From Nemertoderma westbladi (taxonomy: Eukaryota > Animalia > Xenacoelomorpha), in assembly GCA_032718475.1 (NCBI GenBank), contig JAUCBJ010005438.1, positions 1 to 56,887 on the forward strand: a stretch of 56,887 bases of DNA, in the 5' to 3' direction. The notes beneath the pieces are model-generated. The model saw only the letters and a program-made list of their open reading frames with translations, was not told the DNA's origin and searched no databases. Each line of letters begins with the position of its first letter. The first letter of the stretch is position 1. This document shows positions 12,962-25,138 of the stretch, in pieces. The translations under genes were made by a program, and so were the position numbers.

Positions 12962-13128
12962 GTACTTGATGTTCCTACAACCCTATTCAAATGGTGGACA
13001 TTCCAGCACATTCAGCAGGTTAGATAATTCAACATTATTCTACCGGTCGCCTCTACTGATTCTGATCTAGGCCTAGCTACCTACCTATACTTCTGGTGGT
13101 GTACCTACTCCAGTACTCTTCTAAACTA

Positions 13129-13291
13129 AGCCCTTGGGACGGACAGTGGAGTGACTCACGCTGGTTATCGTTGTCGTTGTGTAGCTACTACGTTGGCGTA
13201 AAACACAGCGACGACGGTACATCGGCGCTGAGGACCTTGCGCTGTCCAGGGGCCGTGAGGGGTAGGCAGCAACGCCCGCTAGCCTAATTAT
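13129..13291 (+). ncRNA. Putative structured cis-acting RNA in the Mag-like 5' leader (copy 1)
   Basis: Long stem-loop (GGACAGUG/CGCUGUCC; 17-bp UAUCGUUGUCGUUGUGU/ACACAGCGACGACGGUA) plus 3' hairpin UAGGC-AGC/GCU-A-GCCUA; homologous to 26579-26741. Confidence 0.65.
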
Positions 13292-13487
13292 AACTACCGG
13301 TACCTATTCAATTCACATTCAGCAGTCAGGCGGTATTCCAGTCTGCCAGTATTCGATAACTACAGATTTTGGCTGATTTGCGTGCAAAAGTTTTGCACAT
13401 TTTTGCAAAATTTTTTCTTTTCGGATTTTTCAAATTTTTTTCGGATATTTAATTTCCTGAAATTTCTCTAATATTCAACAGTCAGAT

Positions 13488-16400
13488 ATGCCTAACTAAA
13501 GCTGAACTCGAAACCGAACTGGAGGTTTTAAGAGAACAGTTGGCTGGTCGTGGTAATCCTGATCCCACCTCAGCTCTTCTACATGCTTTAGTTAAATCAC
13601 AACGCGATTTGGCTGATTCCTTAGCACAATCCCAAGCCCAAAATGCCCATCAATTTCAACAATTACTTGGTCAACCACATCAACCTGTAGTTCATCAGGC
13701 TGACTCAACCCCTCGTAATCTTCAAATTAAAGCACCAATTGCTTTAGAACCGGATTTCAGTTTAGCAAAATTTGAAACTTGGAAGTCGGTTTGGGCGGAT
13801 TATTATTCTGCATTTCAGATGGATAGAATGGCTAGGGATAGGCAAATCTGTATTTTCAGGAGTTACCTTTCTATAGGTATGCGCTCTACACTGGAACAAG
13901 TTATTGACATTCCTCCTGACACACATGATAATCCTTTAACAGTTCAGGTGTTAATAGATTGTATTCAAAGTTATTATCGTGGTAAACGGAATATAGCCCT
14001 TGATTGTGTTCAGTTTGATAATAGGAAACAATGTCAAAGTGAAAATTTTGATAGCTACCTGGTTGCTATTAAAGATCTTGCTCGAGATGCTGATCTATGT
14101 CGTCATTGTTTTGATCGGCGGTTGACTACTCGAATTATGTCTGGTATTTCTTGCGAGGACACCAGATCTAAACTTCTTGCCTTGACTCCATTTCCATCGC
14201 TTGAAGATGCTGTAAATCTTTGTAGGTCTGAGGAATCAGCCCAAGCTGGAGTTCAGGATTTAAAAAACCCTTCAATCAACCAAGCTTCTCGACAATCTCA
14301 TTTTCACAACAAAAAGCCTTATAATTCCAGGCGCAACAGTTCTTCTAAATCCAATTCCAGAAACAATTCTTCAACTACTGGCCCTATAGTTTGTTATGGT
14401 TGTGGTAAAACAGACCATAAACACGCTGACTGTCCAGCAAGGAACAAAGATTGTTCTTATTGTGGCAAGGAAGGCCACTTTGCCAATGTTTGTCGGTCTA
14501 AACAAAATAATTCGAATTCATCTTCAAAACCTAAGACAAAACCCATTAGCCGCATCACCCTCAATTTGGTTGGAAGCCATAATCGACAAGCTCCGAAAGT
14601 ATTTCTGAACTTCTGTCATATCGCAACAGGACATTTATTCGGTTCTCTCAAAGCAACTCCAGATACTGGTGCTGAGGCCACTGTTGCCGGCTTAGATTTT
14701 CTTCAGGCCCTTTCTATTGACAAAGAAAATTTACTTCCACCAGACCATGATGATCTTTCTGCTGCTAATGGTAGTCTTCTTTCATGCATTGGTCTCCTCC
14801 ACACCACAATTTCCTATGGCGAATATTCAACTGATGAGCTTATCTGCATTTGTGAAGAAGTCGATGGAATTCTTTTGGCATGGTATACTTGTCAAAACCT
14901 AGGAATTATTTCAAGTTCATATCCAGAACCAGTGGCAGAAATTCAGTCTGTTGCTTCTTCTAATTCTTCTAATATGTCACCTATTGGTATTAAAAACTCA
15001 ATTCCAACAACATCATTCAAGGTTGACTTCCATCTTTCTGATGAACCTTCGCCTTCAGAATGGGATACTGTTAAGCAGAAACTCATAAAGGCTTATTCTG
15101 ATGTTTTTGACCAAGATGACAAACTTCGTCCAATGAATGGCCCACCCATGACCATTTCATTAAAAGATGATGCCCAACCATATGCTATTCATACAGCCAG
15201 GCAACTTCCTTTAGCCATTAGAGACTGGGCTAAAGCTCGCTTAGAGAAAATGGTTGAACAAGGTATTATTTGTCCAGTTCTGGATAACGAACCAACTGAT
15301 TGGGTCCATCCTTCCGATATCACTTCCGATATCACTTCTGATATCACTTCTGATATCAGTTCCGATATCACTTCCGATATCACTTCCGATATCACTTCCG
15401 ATATCACTTCCGATATCACTTCCGATATCACTTCCGATATCACTTCCGATATCACTTCCGATATCACTTCCGATATCACTTCCGATATCACTTCCGATAT
15501 CACTTCCAATATCACTTCCGATATCACTTCCTCTATTAGCGAAAAGGCAGGCCCTCTTCGGGACCTTCTTAAAGTTAAAAATGTCTTCTGTTGATCAGAA
15601 CCCCAAGAAACAACATGGAGAAAGGGAAGTGAACATTCTATTCCAGACGCACATTCCCGGGCCCCTGTTTCGGATCCTACTCCAGAGGATATTCTTTGTG
15701 ATACAGATGTCAATGACCATGTTTCTGCAGTCATTTGTCACGTGTCTACCTCAATTGTTGTCTCTGATGCTCCAAGTCATCTCAAGGATTCATATATTGA
15801 GTCTATCCGATCATCTGCAAAGGATGATATTTCTTACATGGCTTTGGTGGATGCTGTTATTTCTGGATTTCCATCAACATCCACACAATGTTCTGTGCAC
15901 ATACGCCCATTCTGGAATGTGCGACATCAGTTATCTTGTGAAGATAATCTTCTTTTATTAGGTTCCCGGATTGTAATTCCATCTTCCCTCCGCAATGATG
16001 TCCTGAAGCACCTTCATGATGCTCATCAGGGCATTGAACTTTCTAAGAGGAGAGCTAGGCAAACTGTATTCTGGCCTGGTATCAATAGCGATATTACAAA
16101 CATAGTCAATTCTTGTCCCCAGTGTCAACTTTATCAACCAAGTTTACCTAAAGAGTCTCTCCAAAGCGACCCTCATCCATGTCTTCCAATGGAGGATTGC
16201 TCTGCTGATCTTTTCTACTTCAGCACCTGGTCATACCTGGTTTATGTCGATAGATATTCTGGGTGGCCATGCGTTCATTCTTGGCGTGCCGATCCTTCCA
16301 GCTCTCAAGTTATTTCAGCTCTTCGAGGATGGTTCAAAGATTTCGGTATTCCAAAACGCCTTCGTTCTGATGGTGGTACACAATTTAATTCAGCATGTTA

Positions 16401-17025
16401 TCATGATTTCTTATCCGAATGGAATATCATCCCTGAGTATTCTACTCCTGAGTATCCTCAGTCTAATGGCCATGCAGAGGGGGCTGTAAAGGCCATGAAA
16501 TCATTGATAAAAAAGTTAGATATCAAAGGAGATCTAAACTCTACTTGCTTTGTTCGTGGTTTGCTGGAATGGAGAAATACTCCTAAAGAACATGGTATGT
16601 CTCCAGCTCAACTGTTGTTCGGTAGATCCCTCCGTTCCACTATACCAGCTCATTCGTCCACACTGGCAGGTGATTCATTCCCTATCCCTGGTCCTTCAAC
16701 GTCTTCAGCAACTGAATCATATTATAATGATCATGCTCACGACTTAACCCCGATTCCTATTGGTTCCCGAGTTTGCATCCAGAGTGCACATTCCAAACTA
16801 TGGAACAAATCTGGTATCGTCCTTTCCCGTGGTACTAGGCGAGATTACAGGATAGAACTAGACAATGGTCGGGTGTATTGGAGAAATCGTCGTTATCTGC
16901 GTTCCATCCCAGATGACTCTTCTCTTCGTGACATAACGCCTCAAAAACAGGTACAGTTCGCTGATGATCTTCCCAGGCGCAGTTCGAGAACTCACAAGCA
17001 ACCAGCAAGATTCGGAGTTCAATGA
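13488..17025 (+). pseudogene. gag-pol: Mag-like unit 1: gag-protease-(SDIT)18-[TGA]-integrase in one reading frame
   Basis: CYGCGKTDHKHADC and CSYCGKEGHFANVC knuckles; PDTGAEATV protease; LHDAHQG..CPQC, SADLF, SDGG and AEGAVK integrase motifs. ORFs 13540-15594 and 15742-17025 share a frame. No YxDD and no RNase H catalytic motifs. The ATG at 13488 is one base out of frame. Confidence 0.88.
15313..15528 (+). repeat. 12-bp tandem array (TCCGATATCACT)x18 encoding (SDIT)n
   Basis: Read directly from the sequence. Confidence 0.95.
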
Positions 17026-17094
17026 ACTGACCTATTGGTGGTGGTTGGATTTTTTTTTCAGTACAAATGTCTCCTACATTGTTCTTGGGGGAGA

Positions 17095-17394
17095 TGTTAG
17101 ATTATGTATTGTTAGGGCTCTAGTAGACCCTGGCTTGGTGGTGGTTAGATCCAACCTACTGGTCTTTTAGCTACCGGTCCTCTTCTGGTATTCCGGTATT
17201 CAGTCTTTCCTATCTTCTTGGTCTGTAGGTACAGTAACCGTTACCGGTACCTACTGTACTGCTGTACTGATGTGCTGTAAGGTGGTGGGTGTGTTCGTTG
17301 GTCTGTTGGTTCATATTATTGTTTGATATGCTGTTCTGTATGTCAACCATTAATAAACTGATGCAGCTGTATTCATTTATTTCCGATCCCAATA
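17095..17394 (+). repeat. Mag-like LTR 2 (shared central LTR)
   Basis: Preceded by PPT gggggaga and followed by PBS tggcgcagtg. Confidence 0.93.
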
Positions 17395-17573
17395 TGGCGC
17401 AGTGATGTACTTGATGTTCCTACAACCCTATTCAAATGGTGGACATTCCAGTGCATTCAGCAGGTTAGATAATTCAACATTATTCTACCGGTCGCCTCTA
17501 CTGATTCTGATCTAGGCCTAGCTACCTACCTATACTTCTGGTGGTGTACCTACTCCAGTACTCTTCTAAACTA

Positions 17574-17736
17574 AGCCCTTGGGACGGACAGTGGAGTGAC
17601 TCGCGCTGGTTATCGTTGTCGTTGTGTAGCTACTACGTTGGCGAAAAACACAGCGACGACGGTACATCGGCGCTGAGGACCTTGCGCTGTCCGGGGGCCG
17701 TGAGGGGTAGGCAGCAACGCCCGCTAGCCTAATTAT
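17574..17736 (+). ncRNA. Putative structured cis-acting RNA in the Mag-like 5' leader (copy 2)
   Basis: Duplicate of 13129-13291 with 3 differences. Confidence 0.65.
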
Positions 17737-17932
17737 AACTACCGGTACCTATTCAATTCACATTCAGCAGTCAGGCGGTATTCCAGTCTGCCAGTATTCG
17801 ATAACTACAGATTTTGGCTGATTTGCGTGCAAAAGTTTTGCACATTTTTGCAAAATTTTTTCTTTTCGGATTTTTCAAATTTTTTTCGGATATTTAATTT
17901 CCTGAAATTTCTCTAATATTCAACAGTCAGAT

Positions 17933-20900
17933 ATGCCTAACTAAAGCTGAACTCGAAACCGAACTGGAGGTTTTAAGAGAACAGTTGGCTGGTCGTGGTA
18001 ATCCTGATCCCACCTCAGCTCTTCTACATGCTTTAGTTAAATCACAACGCGATTTGGCTGATTCCTTAGCACAATCCCAAGCCCAAAATGCCCATCAATT
18101 TCAACAATTACTTGGTCAACCACATCAACCTGTAGTTCATCAGGCTGACTCAACCCCTCGTAATCTTCAAATTAAAGCACCAATTGCTTTAGAACCGGAT
18201 TTCAGTTTAGCAAAATTTGAAACTTGGAAGTCGGTTTGGGCGGATTATTATTCTGCATTTCAGATTGATAGAATGGCTAGGGATAGGCAAATCTGTATTT
18301 TCAGGAGTTACCTTTCTATAGGTATGCACTCTACACTGGAACAAGTTATTGACATTCCTCCTGACACACATGATAATCCTTTAACAGTTCAGGTGTTAAT
18401 AGATTGTATTCAAAGTTATTTTCGTGGTAAACGGAATATAGCCCTTGATTGTGTTCAGTTTGATAATAGGAAACAACGTCAAAGTGAAAATTTTGATAGC
18501 TACCTGGTTGCTATTAAAGATCTTGCTCGAGATGCTGATCTATGTCGTCATTGTTTCGATCGGCGGTTGACTACTCGAATTATGTCTGGTATTTCTTGCG
18601 AGGACACCAGATCTAAACTTCTTGCCTTGACTCCATTTCCATCGCTTGAAGATGCTGTAAATCTTTGTAGGTCTGAGGAATCAGCCCAAGCTGGAGTTCA
18701 GGATTTAAAAAACCCTTCAATCAACCAAGCTTCTCGACAATCTCGTTTTCACAACAAAAAGCCTTATAATTCCAGGCGCAACAATTCTTCTAAATCCAAT
18801 TCCAGAAACAATTCTTCAACTACTGGCCCTATAGTTTGTTATGGTTGTGGTAAAACAGACCATAAACGCGCTGACTGTCCAGCAAGGAACAAAGATTGTT
18901 CTTATTGTGGCAAGGAAGGCCACTTTGCCAATGTTTGTCGGTCTAAACAAAATAATTCGAATTCATCTTCAAAACCTAAGACAAAACCCATTAGCCGCAT
19001 CACCCTCAATTTGGTTGGAAGCCATAATCGACAGGCTCCGAAAGTATTTCTGAACTTCTATCATATCGCAACAGGACATTTATTCGGTTCTCTCAAAGCA
19101 ACTCCAGATACTGGTGCTGAGGCCACTGTTGCCGGCTTAGATTTTCTTCAGGCCCTTTCTATTGACAAAGAAAATTTACTTCCACCAGACCATGATGATC
19201 TTTCTGCTGCTAATGGTAGTCTTCTTTCATGCATTGGTCTCCTCCACACCACAATTTCCTATGGCGAATATTCAACTGATGAGCTTATCTGCATTTGTGA
19301 AGAAGTCGATGGAATTCTTTTGGCATGGTATACTTGTCAAAACCTAGGAATTATTTCAAGTTCATATCCAGAACCAGTGGCAGAAATTCAGTCTGTTGCT
19401 TCTTCTAATTCTTCTAATATGTCACCTATTGGTATTAAAAACTCAATTCCAACAACATCATTCAAGGTTGACGTCCATCTTTCTGATGAACCTTCGCCTT
19501 CAGAATGGGATACTGTTAAGCAGAAACTCATAAAGGCTTATTCTGATGTTTTTGACCAAGATGACAAACTTCGTCCAATGAATGGCCCACCCATGACCAT
19601 TTCATTAAAAGATGATGCCCAACCATATGCTATTCATACAGCCAGGCAACTTCCTTTAGCCATTAGAGACTGGGCTAAAGCTCGCTTAGAGAAAATGGTT
19701 GAACAAGGTATTATTTGTCCAGTTCTGGATAACGAACCAACTGATTGGGTCCATCCTTCCGATATCACTTCTGATATCACTTCCGATATCAGTTCCGATA
19801 TCACTTCCGATATCACTTCTGATATCACTTCCGATATCACTTCCGATATCACTTCCGATATCACTTCCGATATCACTTCCGATATCACTTCCGATATCAC
19901 TTCCGATATCACTTCCGATATCACTTCCGATATCACTTCCGATATCACTTCCTCTATTAGCGAAAAGGCTCTTCGGGACCTTCTTAAAGTTAAAAATGTC
20001 TTCTGTTGATCAGAACCCCAAGAAACAACATGGAGAAAGGGAAGTGAACATTCCATTCCAGACGCACTTTCCCGTGCCCCTGTTTCGGATCCTACTCCAG
20101 AGGGTATTCTTTGTGATACAGCTGTCAATGACCATGTTTCTGCAGTCATTTGTCACGTTTCTACCTCAATTGTTGTCTCTGATGCTCCAAGTCATCTCAA
20201 GGATTCACATATTGAGTCTATCCGATCATCTGCAAAGGATGATATTTCTTACATGGCTTTGGTGGATGCTGTTATTTCTGGATTTCCCTCAACATCCACA
20301 CAATGTTCTGTGCACATACTCCCATTCTGGAATGTGCGACATCAGTTATCTTGTGAAGATAATCTCCTTTTATTAGGTTCCCGGATTGTAATTCCATCTT
20401 CCCTCCGCAAGGATGTCCTGAAGCACCTTCATGATGCTCATCAGGGCATTGAACGTTCTAAGAGGAGAGCTAGGCAAACTGTATTCTGGTCTGGTATCAA
20501 TAGCGATATTACAAACATAGTCAATTCTTGTCCCCAGTGTCAACTTTATCAACCAAGTTTACCTAAAGAGTCTCTCCAAAGCGACCCTCATCCATGTCTT
20601 CCAATGGAGGATTGCTCTGCTGATCTTTTCTACTTCAGCACCTGGTCATACCTGGTTTATGTCGATAGATATTCTGGGTGGCCATGCGTTCATTCTTGGC
20701 GTGCCGATCCTTCCAGCTCTCAAGTTATTTCAGCTCTTCGAGGATGGTTCAAAGATTTCGGTATTCCAAAACGCCTTCATTCTGATGGTGGTACACAATT
20801 TAATTCAGCACGTTATCATGATTTCTTATCCGAATGGAATATCATCCCTGAGTATTCTACTCCTGAGTATCCTCAGTCTAATGGCCATGCAGAGGGGGCT

Positions 20901-21440
20901 GTAAAGGCCATGGAATCATTGATAAAAAAGTTAGATATCAAAGGAGATCTAAACTCTACTTGCTTTGTTCGTGGTTTGCTGGAATGGAGAAATACTCCTA
21001 AAGAACATGGTATGTCTCCAGCTTAACTGTTGTTCGGTAGATCCCTCCGTTCCACTATACCAGCTCATTCGTCCACACTGGCAGGTGATTCATTCCCTAT
21101 CCCTGGTCCTTCAACGTCTTCAGCAACTGAATCATATTATAATGATCATGCTCACGACTTAACCCCGATTCCTATTGGTTCCCGAGTTTGTATCCAGAGT
21201 GCACATTCCAAACTATGGAACAAATCTGGTATCGTCCTTTCCCGTGGTACTAGGCGAGATTACAGGATAGAACTAGACAATGGTCGGGTGTATTGGAGAA
21301 ATCGTCGTTATCTGCGTTCCATCCCAGATGACTCTTCTCTTCGTGACATAACGCCTCAAAAACAGGTACAGTTCGCTGATGATCTTCCCAGGCGCAGTTC
21401 GAGAACTCACAAGCAACCAGCAAGATTCGGAGTTCAATGA
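17933..21440 (+). pseudogene. gag-pol: Mag-like unit 2: gag-protease-(SDIT)16-[TGA]-integrase, with an extra TAA at 21024-21026
   Basis: About 99% identical to unit 1 by eye, with the same deletions. Confidence 0.88.
19758..19949 (+). repeat. 12-bp tandem array (TCCGATATCACT)x16 encoding (SDIT)n
   Basis: Read directly from the sequence. Confidence 0.95.
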
Positions 21441-21509
21441 ACTGACCTATTGGTGGTGGTTGGATTTTTTTTTCAGTACAAATGTCTCCTACATTGTTCT
21501 TGGGGGAGA

Positions 21510-21810
21510 TGTTAGATTATGTATTGTTAGGGCTCTAGTAGACCCTGGCTTGGTGGTGGTTAGATCCAACCTACTGGTTTTTTAGCTACCGGTCCTCTTC
21601 TGGTATTCCGGTATTCAGTCTTTCCTATCTTCTAGGTCTGTAGGTACAGTAACCGTTACCGGTACCTACTGTACTGCTGTACTGATGTGCTGTAAGGTGG
21701 TGGGTGTGTTCGTTGGTCTGTTGGTTCATATTATTGTTTGATATGCTGTTCTGTATGTCGACCATTAATAAACTGATGCAGCTGGTATTCATTTATTTCT
21801 GATCCCAATA
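21510..21810 (+). repeat. Mag-like LTR 3
   Basis: Preceded by PPT gggggaga and followed by TSD ACCCA. Confidence 0.93.
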
Positions 21811-21815
21811 ACCCA

Positions 21816-24800
21816 TAACTGAGAGAACGTACTATCTAACACATCATTACGTTCCCAAACCCGGTAAACCCAACGAAGTCCGGGTAGTATTTGACTGCTC
21901 CACCCTCTACATGGGCCAATCCCTCAATTCCGAGTTGTTGCCAGGACCCAACTTACTCCAATCCTTGTTGGGAATACTCTTAAGATTACGACAATATTCA
22001 ATCGCTTTTGCCTCAGATATAGAAGGCATGTTCTTACAAGTTAAAGCGCTGGATAGGGATCGAGACAGCCTACGATTTCTGTGGTGGCCTGAGGGAGACC
22101 TCAACCAGAAACCGGTGGAGTACTGGATGACCATCCAGGCTTTTGGGATCATCTCAAGCCCTTCAAACGCCTGCTCAGTGGTGCGCACCACTGCTGATGA
22201 CAACCGGGACGCCTTCTCTAAAGAGGTTATCGACAACATCAAACGGGATATATACATGGACGACAATTTAAAGTCACTCCCATCGGTGGAAGAAGCCATT
22301 GATGTCGCCAAAGGAACGGTAGAGTGCTTGAAAAGAGGTGGATTTCGATTAACTAAATTCACCAGCAACTCCCGTGAGTTTCTGGAATCGATCCCGGTAG
22401 AAGACCGAGGAGTTAAAGATCTAGACCTAATCAAGGACGATCTTCCAGAAACCAAGACGCTTGGTTTGAAATGGGACACCGAGAGAGATATCCTGTTTTT
22501 CCAGCTAAAGCAGCGAGATAATCCAGTTCGGACTAAACGGATTTGTCTAAGTATCCTGAGCACTTATTTCGATCCATTGGGATTTATTAGCCCAGTTATA
22601 TTGATTGCTCGGAGTTTAGTACAACAAATGTGGCTTGAAAACCACTCATGGGACGATCCACTTAAGGGAGAACTATTAAAGAAGTGGATGAAATGGGAAG
22701 ATTCTCTACCAGCCATCGAGAACTTTATAATTCCCCGTTCATATTTTGGTCATGTTCTCCCTACGTATTCCTATCAACTCCATGTGTTTGGAGACGCCAG
22801 CGATATGGGAATAGGTATAGTAGCCTACCTGAGAGTTGCAACTCCGGATGGAATCAAAGTCGCCTTGGTTACCTCTAAGGCATTGATAAACAACAAGTTG
22901 AAAGTTCCTCGAGCGGAGTTAAAAGCTGCTCTATACGCTACAGCCATCGGCCGGAATGTAACGGAACAGATAGACTATCCACTGGAGAAAACTGTCTATT
23001 GGACCGATGCTTTGCTCGTGTTGGAGTATATCACCAATGAAGTCTGTCAGTTCAGCGTCTTCGTTACCAACAGAGTCGCCATTATACTTAGTCGCACGAA
23101 GATAGATCAATGGAGACATTGCCCCGGAACGATTAATCCAGCTGACATCACCTCCAGGGGAGCAACTCCACAAGAACTGATAGATACTCCAGACTGGTTA
23201 GGTGGACCCGACTTCCTAAGCAAAGAAGAGGATGAATGGCCTCCTCATCTTACTACGGCGGAGATTAGACAGGCCAAGGGAGCGGAGAAAGTCAAACCTA
23301 AAACTCGGGCGAGTAAATCGAAGTTATTTAAACCTGTGGTAGATCTGTCTGTACTACACACTTCCGGAGACGATGCTTTGGATCCGAAACCCACAGCCAC
23401 AAATAAGTCTGTTGTGGAAATCAGGGAGAGAGATTGGAAATCTGGAATACCAGACGTCTCGCAAGGACTCTCACCCCTCCTGCAGAGAGCGATACATCAC
23501 TATAGTTCCTGGAATCGGCTCTGTAAGGCCGTTACATATTTAAAGCGATGTTTTCATCATCACTACTCCAAGACGAAGACCACTAGTGATACCGCTCCAC
23601 TGACATCTGCGCAGGTCCATGTTGTTAAAGATCTTCCCAAATACAAGATATCCGACAGGTTTCTGAAAGAGAAGATCAGTTACCAGGAGCATGAAGAAAC
23701 CAATAAGCAGATACTGAGACTCTTACAATGCTATGAGGATTCCGATAAGTATTTCCTGTTGTTGAGAAATCCACAGATGCGCTTAAGGGATCATTTCTCT
23801 AGCTCAATGATAGATGGGTTAATACGTGTTGGAGGAATACTAACTAATGCTCCATTATCCTTTGACACTAAGTTTCCCATACTCATTAGAAATCTTGAAA
23901 TACAAATCAAGATGATTGTAGATGTTCACAGTAAGCTTTATCATGCTGGTAGAGAACGAGTTCTTAGCGAAATTCGAACTCGCTATTATTTTCATAAACC
24001 TCGTAGAGCTCTGAACCAAGTTCTTAGGAACTGCATACCCTGTAGGAAAGCATTCAGTAGGCCTTTAACACAGCGAGAGGCAGAATTACCTAGGGAACGA
24101 GTAAGCTTCTATGAACCACCCTTTACTAATACCGGTGTGGATTTATTTGGCCCTATTGAAGTATATCGTGCTAGGACTATAGTCAAGAGATGGTGTGCCA
24201 TCTTTGTCTGTATGACTTGTAGAGCTATCCATCTCGATATGATGAACGATTTGTCTACCAATAGCTTCATATTGAGCTTACGCCGACAGATCGCTCGCTT
24301 TGGAACTAGTAACACGATGAGATCTGATAAGGGAACGAACTTCATTGGTGCCAACAATGAAATCAAGGCTTACGTCAAAGATTGGAACCAAAGACAGGTG
24401 GACGATCAGCTAAGGGTAACAGCGTCTAGCTGGACCTTCAACGCCGCCGACGCCCCTTGGTGGGGAGGAAGTTGGGAGAGATTAATCAGAAGCGTGAAGA
24501 CCGCATTTCACTTTATAGTGCCGTGCCGCGCGTATCTCACCAACGAACTTTTGCGGACGTTAATGGAGGAAATAGCCGCTTATCTCAACGAGAGACCGCT
24601 TATGCCAGTCTCATCGAGTCCCGATTCCCTGGAAGCGCTAACACCCGCGCACTTCCTACTGAAGAAACCTGTAGCCATGCTCCCACGATCGGAAATCATG
24701 GACGGAGACGAATACTGCCGGCAAACTTGGCAACTTATGCAGTTGTTATCCCGTCGTTTCGCTGACCATTTCGAAAAACATTATCTGCCCACGCTACAAC

Positions 24801-25138
24801 TTCGAACTAAGTGGTTTGCGCAGCAATAAAACGTCAGCGCCGGAGACATGGTCCTTATTGTGGATTCAGATCTTCCACGTAAGCGGTGGCAGACAGGTCG
24901 TATCATCGAGACTCATATCTCGGATGACGGTTTAGTGCGATCGGTAGAACTCGTCGTCATGCGACGTAACTTTAAGAAACCGGGAATTGTCTTCGAGACA
25001 CAGCAACTCAATTGCCCAGTTGGTCGTTTATGTTTACTGGAAAGAAACAGAGAACTCTCCGGAAACTATGGAAGGCAAGATACTCTTCCCACGACCACCT
25101 CCCTTATCCAACAAACATCTAGGGACTCCCCAACGTAA
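21816..25138 (+). pseudogene. pol: BEL pol 3' part: RT, RNase H, integrase, C-terminal (DUF5641-like) domain
   Basis: Frame resumes after the TSD (YYLTHHYV..RVVFDCS..SLNSELLPGPNL), then SDIEGMFLQV, YMDD, LHVFGDAS, WRHCPGTINPADITSRG, H..H/CIPC, TGVDLFGP, SDKGTNF, GGSWERLIRSVK. One TAA at 24827-24829. Confidence 0.93.

Larger units (their letters stand above)
12649..21810 (+). mobile_element. Tandem (LTR-int-LTR-int-LTR) Mag-like Ty3/Gypsy element lacking RT core and RNase H
   Basis: Three ~300-bp LTRs; single 5-bp TSD ACCCA (12644-12648, 21811-21815); PBS and PPT for each unit; two CCHC knuckles as in Mag-clade gag. Confidence 0.93.

Noticed and set aside
13140-13250. Hammerhead ribozyme (CUGAGGA) or SECIS (UGA/GA) in the shared RNA module
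   Set aside because: No correctly placed GAAA and third stem for a hammerhead; the helix above the G.A pairs is far longer than in SECIS and there is no 5'-side AA motif.
13096-13287. 63-aa ORF overlapping the shared module
   Set aside because: GTG start, no recognisable protein, and substitutions follow base pairing rather than codon position.
15189-15961. Overlapping (EVIS)n and (PISL)n ORFs
   Set aside because: Open only because the 12-bp repeat lacks stops in those frames; no independent coding evidence.
7888-25138. Alternative genetic code explaining the in-frame stops
   Set aside because: TGA, TAG and TAA all occur, together with frameshifts, and the host exon ends normally at TAA; ordinary decay suffices.
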